42,835 nt of DNA from Nemertoderma westbladi (Eukaryota > Animalia > Xenacoelomorpha): contig JAUCBJ010001619.1 in NCBI GenBank assembly GCA_032718475.1, positions 1 through 42,835 of the forward strand, written 5' to 3'. The notes below the pieces were generated by a model. It was not told the origin of the DNA. It was given only the letters and a program-made list of their open reading frames with translations, and made no database searches. A program made the translations under genes and the position numbers. Each line of letters starts with the position of its first letter. Position 1 is the stretch's first letter. Positions 36,318-42,835 of this stretch are shown piece by piece.

Positions 36318-37349
36318 AGGGCATGTTCCAAAATACTGTACGTAGATACTCCAAAAACTACGATCTTGACATCAACATTAATGTAGTCACGAAGAACCCC
36401 ACATCACTAGGACAAATACTAACCAAAAATAAAACTCAATCACAAACACACACAAATAACACCACTAATGAGCCATGTAACTCTAGCCGCTGCCTTACAT
36501 GCAAAACAATCACTAACATACAACAGACACCATGGGGTGAAAAGATAAAAGGACACTATACATGTAAGTCCCACACTGTATGTTACTTGGCCTGGTGCCA
36601 CTGCCACCCTACTCTATACTACATAGGCCAAACGATACAGAATATTCACGAACGCTTTAATGGACACCGCAACAACATACGACACTACCCCTCACGAGCC
36701 AATGACGGAAAAACACACGAAGACATACTCCTAGCTATGCACATTATTATATGGTTGTGGTTTAGAAAATCTACGCACCGCAACCATAAAACAATTCACA
36801 AACATACCCGAATTACTAGCGACGGAAGCTAACCTATTCTATACATACAACCCCCCACTTAACGTAGCATTTTGGTTTTTATGTGCTTTTCCCCTACTTT
36901 CCTTTTTGTTTTTGTCTTGGTTTTTCTGTTTCTTGTGATTTCTTACTCTGTAAAAATTACAGCTATCATTATGTTGCATTCTACCTAACCATGCGCTTTA
37001 AGTAGATACCTCATAATCCTATGTAACCTACCTAATCCAATTATACCATTCAGTATGTAGACACATGACCACTCCTGGGATTTCCCTATCAACTTCTCCC
37101 AACCTTATAACCCAACCTGCAACCCTATATTTGTACTTTAGATTGACAGCTTACAACTAACTCGGTGTATTTTCCCTATCACAATTACCTTACGTTATAC
37201 AGTACATACATACACGTTAACCTTTCTGGGATTCACCTATCAGGTATTCCCCTTTAAAACGTATATATATATATATAGACCCCACCTTTTCCTGTTAGTT
37301 GCCAGTACATAGTCTGATGCAGACTGGGAGGTCGAAAACGTTTACTATG
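36318..37349 (+). mobile_element. 5'-truncated Penelope-like element: GIY-YIG endonuclease remnant plus 3' terminal region
   Basis: KNPTSLGQIL, PCNSSRCLTC, YTCKSHTVCYLAWCHC...YYIGQT..IHERFNGHR match the PLE Cys-rich linker and GIY-YIG domain. Frameshifted C-terminus, hammerhead-like motif at the 3' end. Confidence 0.85.
37308..37349 (+). ncRNA. Minimal type I hammerhead ribozyme-like motif (Penelope-associated, variant core)
   Basis: CATAGT-CTGATG(C)A-GAC-TGGGAG-GTC-GAAA-ACGT-TT-ACTATG: stem I CATAGT/ACTATG, stem II GAC/GTC, palindromic AACGTT stem III. Confidence 0.65.
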
Positions 37350-38902
37350 GGGCCGTCCAAGTATGACGTCAGCACTTTAGGGGGGGGGGGGGGGGAGGGG
37401 GGTTGGGAAAATCTGATGACGTGCTGATGAGGGGAGGGGAGGGGGTCAGCCAAAATCTGACGTTGTAAAAGCTTTTGCGTAATTAACCGGTTATTTTCCC
37501 TTAAAGTACTCTGTAGTTGGTTTGCCAGGCATAAAAAGGCCGTGTCCTTGCTGTACTGGTGTTTTAGAGGACATAAAAGTCATTTCTTCTGTATTTGTAC
37601 TTTAGAGGACATAATCCGCAATCTCGTGACGCGATAAGCTAGATACTCTTGAAAACAGTGTCGCTACCATGACGACGGCTAACAGCTGATATTGCCACGT
37701 CGACATTTCTTTGTTTCTTTGTTCTCTCGTTGTTCGGTTGACCAATCAGAGCGTTTTTTGTCTCTGTGTTGGAGGTGGATACAGAACTCAGTAGTTCAGT
37801 GTTATGTTTTTGCCCAGAGCCTAAGAACACCGGCTTTTGGCACCTCCGTGTTTCAGCATTCTTTAGCTCTTACATTAGTAGGCTTAATTATAGAACGTAT
37901 ATCTGTTATCTTACTCACTCACTATCCATAAACTATTAATCTTACAAATCTTACTAATATTACTGCTTTTACTGTCGGTTATTCGTTATATTTGTTGATG
38001 AAATATTATATCGGAATACTGATCAATAGTCCGACATCCCAATCTTCTTGATATACTAAAGGTTAGAGAGACCGGTTACAGATAAACGATTGCGACCTAT
38101 GTTAAGTGGTTTGGAGTGAATCTAATGCTATTTCATAGGCCCGACATAAATTGTCTGTTGCTCTCTTTATACGTGACTAAATTTAGTGAAGGTCGGCAGG
38201 TTAGTGTGCAGTATTGTGCAGCATTGTGTATGAGTGTAACTGATAACAAAGCATCTCCTAAAGAATGCGCCATATACGTGAATCTATAGCCTTTTCGTTG
38301 TGTCTAGTTTAAGTCATAACTCTGTTTACATATTTAGAGCGCCACGTCCTAAAGGAACTGTTAATATTTCCCGAAAGTGAATAATATTTGTCAGAGATTA
38401 TATATTACGATCAGTCGAATAATACGGTAGGCTTACACCATCAATCATTAAGCTTCCGAATTCAGTCTCCCGGGTATATCCAGCGGGTGAATGATTGCGC
38501 ATAGACTGGCTTCGGCTAATGTAGTGTATCAAATACTCGTCATAAGCTAAAGAATATATATCATCTAAAAGACATCCTAATTTTGGCAGGTTAAACTGTC
38601 AAAGGTCTTAAAAGCGCAAACAATAACAGATATTGCTTCTGGATTGCGGTGTAAGCAATCTAGTCGAAAGTACCGGTCGACCGGTAACCAGTAGGCCTGA
38701 CTGCCTGATCATCCGGACCGGTACCTACAGTAGTACAGGTACAGCAGTATTATTCGATTGTGGTATTGTATACCGGTAGGCTGTTTAAGAGATTAGGGAC
38801 TGTACACCCCTTGTTTCTTTTGGAGCTTACTTATTTCTGTCAGTTTTATTTATTTGTAGGCCAGTATTGAGCAGAAGGCGTGTAAGCCTGCTCAGATTGT
38901 AC

Positions 38903-39470
38903 AGATAATTTGTAGGCTTGACTGTTGTCTAACTGTTGTTAAGTCTGAACGGATTGCAGTGTGTGTAGAGCATCTGTCCGATGAAGTGCTAGTTAGGAAA
39001 GTAGGGGCTTCAAGTGCTGTGAGGTAAACCCCCTGTGAAAGAATAAGTCGTACTACTGGGTTAGAACGCATACTAACTAATCATTTCGGAGTCTGCATAT
39101 ACTGTAGTGTATTTGGGCTTGATAGTAGTCTGCCATCGTTTAGTCTGTACTTTGTTTGTGTAGTCTGTACGGGTAGCGTATAATTTTATTTAGATAATTT
39201 GTAGGCTGGATAGTTGTCTGGCTGTTGTTGGGTTTGAGGAAATTTCGGTGTGTGTAGAGCATCTGTCCGATAAAGTGCTAAGTTAGGAAAGTAGGGGCTT
39301 CAAGTGCTGTGAGGTAAACCCCCTGTGAAAGAATAAGTCGTACTACTGGGTTAGAACGCATACTAACTAATCATTTCGGAGTCTGCATATACCGTAGTTT
39401 GTTTAGGCTTGATAGTAGTCTGTCAGTATTTGGTCTGCATTTTGTTTGAGTAGTTTGTACGCGTAGCGTA
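38903..39470. repeat. Tandem duplication of ~290 bp (38903-39180 and 39192-39470)
   Basis: Two copies with an identical core (GTTAGGAAAGTAGGGGCTTCAAG...GGAGTCTGCATATAC) and diverged edges. Confidence 0.9.
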
Positions 39471-40816
39471 ATATTTATTATTCAGAGTTTATGCGATTAT
39501 TCGCAACATTCATTCCCCAAGTTTATTCCTACAGTAATTGTGTTTGTTATACATACCGTTATAGTTAAACTAACCCCGGTACTACATCAGGGCTGCTCGG
39601 CGTAGGTAAAGACTGGAGATTTTGTGCTTTGGTCACTCCGGCAGATACCGTGGTTCTTTTAGCTGTTCAAGTATTTTTAACTACTAATTATTTGTTGTAC
39701 AAGTACTTGTACCTAATTTAGGGTTTAGTGTACAGTACTTTCCGAAGGTGATTAGTGTGTAGGCAGTATATTTGTGTTGTAAAGTGGTTAATAGGCACGT
39801 TGGTTCTGGTAGACCGCGGTAATTAACTTCTGGGTAGGAACACTCCGTGATACATAACGTAGTACCTATAGCGATACGGTTATAGGTCGTCAGGCGGTGG
39901 TATTTTCCTATCTGGACAACGCAGTATATTTACTACTACTTATTATTTTCAAATACCGTAGTAACCTGTCCGTTGTAATAACCAGATATTCTAACCCTTT
40001 GTTAGGCTGGTTAGTAGACTTCTTGTAAAATTACCCTAAAAATTCGTATTTGTGTATTGGTAATTAAATTTTTGTGTTTATTTAGAGATTGTAATCTCAA
40101 CCCGAATTGTACGTAATTTGTAGTATTAAGTAACTTAGGTAAATTAGAATTATTTGTTTTAGTGTCTAACAAGTAGCACTCCACTGAGAGCGCACAGCTT
40201 ATGTGTAGTGACTCCCCCAGAAATAATAACATTTATTTCAAACATTGACAAAACCCATTAAACGGGTATATATATATTATAAATCAACTCAAACGATTTA
40301 TAAATAGTAGGCCTGCCATATAACAATTAGGTCTCAATATCAGTTGGACTACTGCTCAAATAACGGTAATAAAGTAAGTTAAAGTAACCAAGTAACCCTT
40401 AAAATTCAGAAATTCAATTATTCTAAAATAATTGACATACCGGTATTTACAATAGGCTTATTATATTTATTTCATAAACTTAGGCTGAAATCATACCGGT
40501 ATTCTGTAATTAATTCTAGTTAATAATTATACTTATATATACTATAAGTGTAAACTGCATACCGGTATCCACGATAGGCCTATTATATATTTATATATAT
40601 TTGTGCTAAAATTATATACCGGTATTCTGTAAAAAACCTAGTCTGTAATAATACTTATATATACCATAAGCATACCGGTATTCTAACATTATATATATAT
40701 CACGCTACACTGAGTAGCAGTATCGGTAATTAATTACTAGGCTAGCAGTTAATGCTGAATTACTAGACTTGCTTAGACTGTAATATAGCAGTAGGCATTC
40801 AACTGTGCAAACAAAC

Positions 40817-42835
40817 ATGTCTGATACTAAGCAGAACCTGTCAGACAGTTTATTAGATGTAACTATCTGCGACTCAGATAAGGGTGTAGAACCGTCTACA
40901 CCTAAATTCAGTTCACCTCCCACTGTGAGGAAGGTCATCCCTCCAGTAGTAACAACAGAACCTAGGCTGGTCCAACACCGTAGGTCTATCATAGGCACTC
41001 GAGCTCAGGTCAAGCGGGACCAAGAAGCAGCGGAACAGCAACAACCCGCGAGCCAAGAACTTATTTCTCAGCGGCCCGACAGCTCCAGTAGTGAAGATAC
41101 TGTAGAGCTGACACCCGAGCGCGGAGCAAGGATGACGGATGCGGTTTATTCGGATCCCCTTCTCATCCTTCCTGCAGCCGTACTCACTAGGTTATTGATC
41201 GCGGTGGAAGAACACCAGATCGATTGGGCGAGAAGTAAGCGATCAACTAAAGATAGTTATGAGGGATACACAAGGGAAGAACTGAAGTCTATGGTCGAGT
41301 CGCAATGGAACTTCCCCGGACCCGGACTCCCGTTTGATTTATCAGAAGCTGCCTGGGAAGACATACACCGGATGGGAGTAGCCAAGGAAACCATCGATCC
41401 AGCTGTGTGGAAGAGGTCCGCAGCCGGATACGCACAGGGATTCTTCAGCTCTATGGAGCGAGTAAAAGAACAACTGTTTCAACAACCTCAAGGACCTCAA
41501 GAGCAGGGACAACTGCTTTATCAAGTTAGAGAAAGAATTCTGCGAATTAGGCTAATCTTATCGGCCTTTGAGGAGGCTTCTAAAAGAAGACAAGACACGT
41601 CGTTGCAAGTTGCCGTAAAGACTTGGTTTCAACGGGTGAGTCTCCAAGTTCAAGGAACGGCTCAGTGGAAAACTCAGCTGGAGGAGCGCTCAACCCATGG
41701 AGAATCAACAGACGCTACTTCTTCCCAAGTGGAAAGTGAAGCGACGGCAGAGAACCCGCATAAGAGGGATGCCATTGATATCTATCTGTCAGACTATCAA
41801 CGTTTCTTAGGTGATGAAGAGTTGAGGAGAAGGTTGGACGGACTTAACCCTAATAGTGAAGGAGCACAGCGTGTGCTTGACGCCATCGACGTGGATAGGT
41901 TAGCGGCGAACCAAGCTAAATTCGATGAACAACTCCGCATCGCTAGAGACCAAGAAGAAAGGGTGAAGAAAAAACGCATAGAAGACAGAAAGAAAGCAGC
42001 AGTAGCAGCTGCAGAAGCCGAAAGGAAAGCAGCCGAAGAGGAAAGTAAAGCAGCCGAAATGGAAAGAAAAGCGGCAGCGGCAGAGGCAGAAGCGGAAAGA
42101 AAAGCGGCAGCGGCAGAGGCAGAAGCGAAAAGAAAAGCGGCAGCGGCAGAGGCAGAAGCGAAAAGAAAAGCAGCCGAAATGGAAAGAAAAGCGGCAAGAG
42201 CAGCGGCAGAAGCGGAGCGGATAGCGGCTGAAGAGATTGCCCAATTAGAATTGGAAAATATTCAGGAGAATCAAGACTGCATAAATAAACAGTTAACAGC
42301 TAGTAATATGCAGATGATGAATCGATCTACTCCCAAAAGACAGGGATATACATCATCTGAGGAAGGCGATACCACCGATACTGAAGGCAAAGGAAATAGA
42401 TCTCACCTAAGCAGACGTAAAAGAACATCCCACCGTCAGAAATTGCCTGATTTGCCTCCAGCTGTTAGAAGGCAACTAAATAACACCAACTTAGGTAGTA
42501 CAGAACCCACAGACCAAATAATTACAATAGAGAGACTCCCTACTATAGTAGATGAGCCTGAAATAATTAGGCCTGTTCCCGAAGCCACCCTTTCGGTGGT
42601 AGAGACACCTGTACTCCCTGAATCTACCTCTAAATTCCCTTTGCACAGTACCAAGCTACCTGTGCCCAGCAGAACAGCCCATGAGACAGTTCATGCCCTG
42701 GACTCCGAGCGAAATATTCATGATTTGTCGCCCGTTGTCCCTCGTCCGCCCGCTACAACGTTGGCGAATCCCGCTTCGGCGGTCGAATGGGTGGATGAGA
42801 GACGACGGGGGATGGATCTCCTGCTCGGACAGATG
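40817..42835 (+). CDS. Long intronless ORF (at least 673 codons, open to window end) with an Ala/Glu/Lys/Arg coiled-coil repeat, possibly the gag-like ORF of a retroelement
   Basis: ATG in context AAACATGT. Reads MSDTKQNLSDSLL... with no stop to the end (hence absent from the ORF track). ERKAAAAEAEA repeats at ~41990-42230. No diagnostic domain seen. Confidence 0.7.
   Translation, partial: MSDTKQNLSDSLLDVTICDSDKGVEPSTPKFSSPPTVRKVIPPVVTTEPRLVQHRRSIIGTRAQVKRDQEAAEQQQPASQELISQRPDSSSSEDTVELTPERGARMTDAVYSDPLLILPAAVLTRLLIAVEEHQIDWARSKRSTKDSYEGYTREELKSMVESQWNFPGPGLPFDLSEAAWEDIHRMGVAKETIDPAVWKRSAAGYAQGFFSSMERVKEQLFQQPQGPQEQGQLLYQVRERILRIRLILSAFEEASKRRQDTSLQVAVKTWFQRVSLQVQGTAQWKTQLEERSTHGESTDATSSQVESEATAENPHKRDAIDIYLSDYQRFLGDEELRRRLDGLNPNSEGAQRVLDAIDVDRLAANQAKFDEQLRIARDQEERVKKKRIEDRKKAAVAAAEAERKAAEEESKAAEMERKAAAAEAEAERKAAAAEAEAKRKAAAAEAEAKRKAAEMERKAARAAAEAERIAAEEIAQLELENIQENQDCINKQLTASNMQMMNRSTPKRQGYTSSEEGDTTDTEGKGNRSHLSRRKRTSHRQKLPDLPPAVRRQLNNTNLGSTEPTDQIITIERLPTIVDEPEIIRPVPEATLSVVETPVLPESTSKFPLHSTKLPVPSRTAHETVHALDSERNIHDLSPVVPRPPATTLANPASAVEWVDERRRGMDLLLGQM

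Noticed and set aside
35084-36832. 582-aa poly(MV/TV)-GIY-YIG fusion and antisense poly(HD/RD), poly(MT) ORFs
   Set aside because: The hexamer repeat has no stop in these frames. Only the 3' GIY-YIG part is protein-like, and it belongs to a broken Penelope element.
41797-42654. Minus-strand Cys/Phe/Arg- and Leu/Pro-rich ORFs
   Set aside because: Antisense shadows of the coiled-coil repeat in the long + strand ORF.

Overview
AT-rich, intron-containing animal (probably invertebrate) genomic DNA, not prokaryotic. The main feature is an 8-exon + strand gene (CDS 7178-22802, about 1593 aa when spliced by hand, all intron phases compatible). It encodes an unusual tandem-GTPase protein: unassigned N-terminus, PLAT/LH2-like domain, Rab/Ras-like GTPase, Roc-COR, Cys/His motif, TIR with its catalytic-position Glu, and a C-terminal CaaX (CCVIL). 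It has no LRR or kinase domain. Its introns hold an antisense LITAF-domain gene, a Helentron-like element with a 22-bp hairpin array, and a decayed CRE-like non-LTR retrotransposon. Also present: the last three exons of a CUB-domain gene, an intronless galactose-3-O-sulfotransferase gene, Academ-like and Mutator-like non-autonomous transposons with TSDs, a SINE-associated 36-bp minisatellite, a ~692-bp x8 array, a (GGTCAT)n tract joined to a Penelope GIY-YIG fragment with a minimal hammerhead-like motif, and a long ORF running off the right end. All domain calls come from reading motifs by eye; no database search was run.
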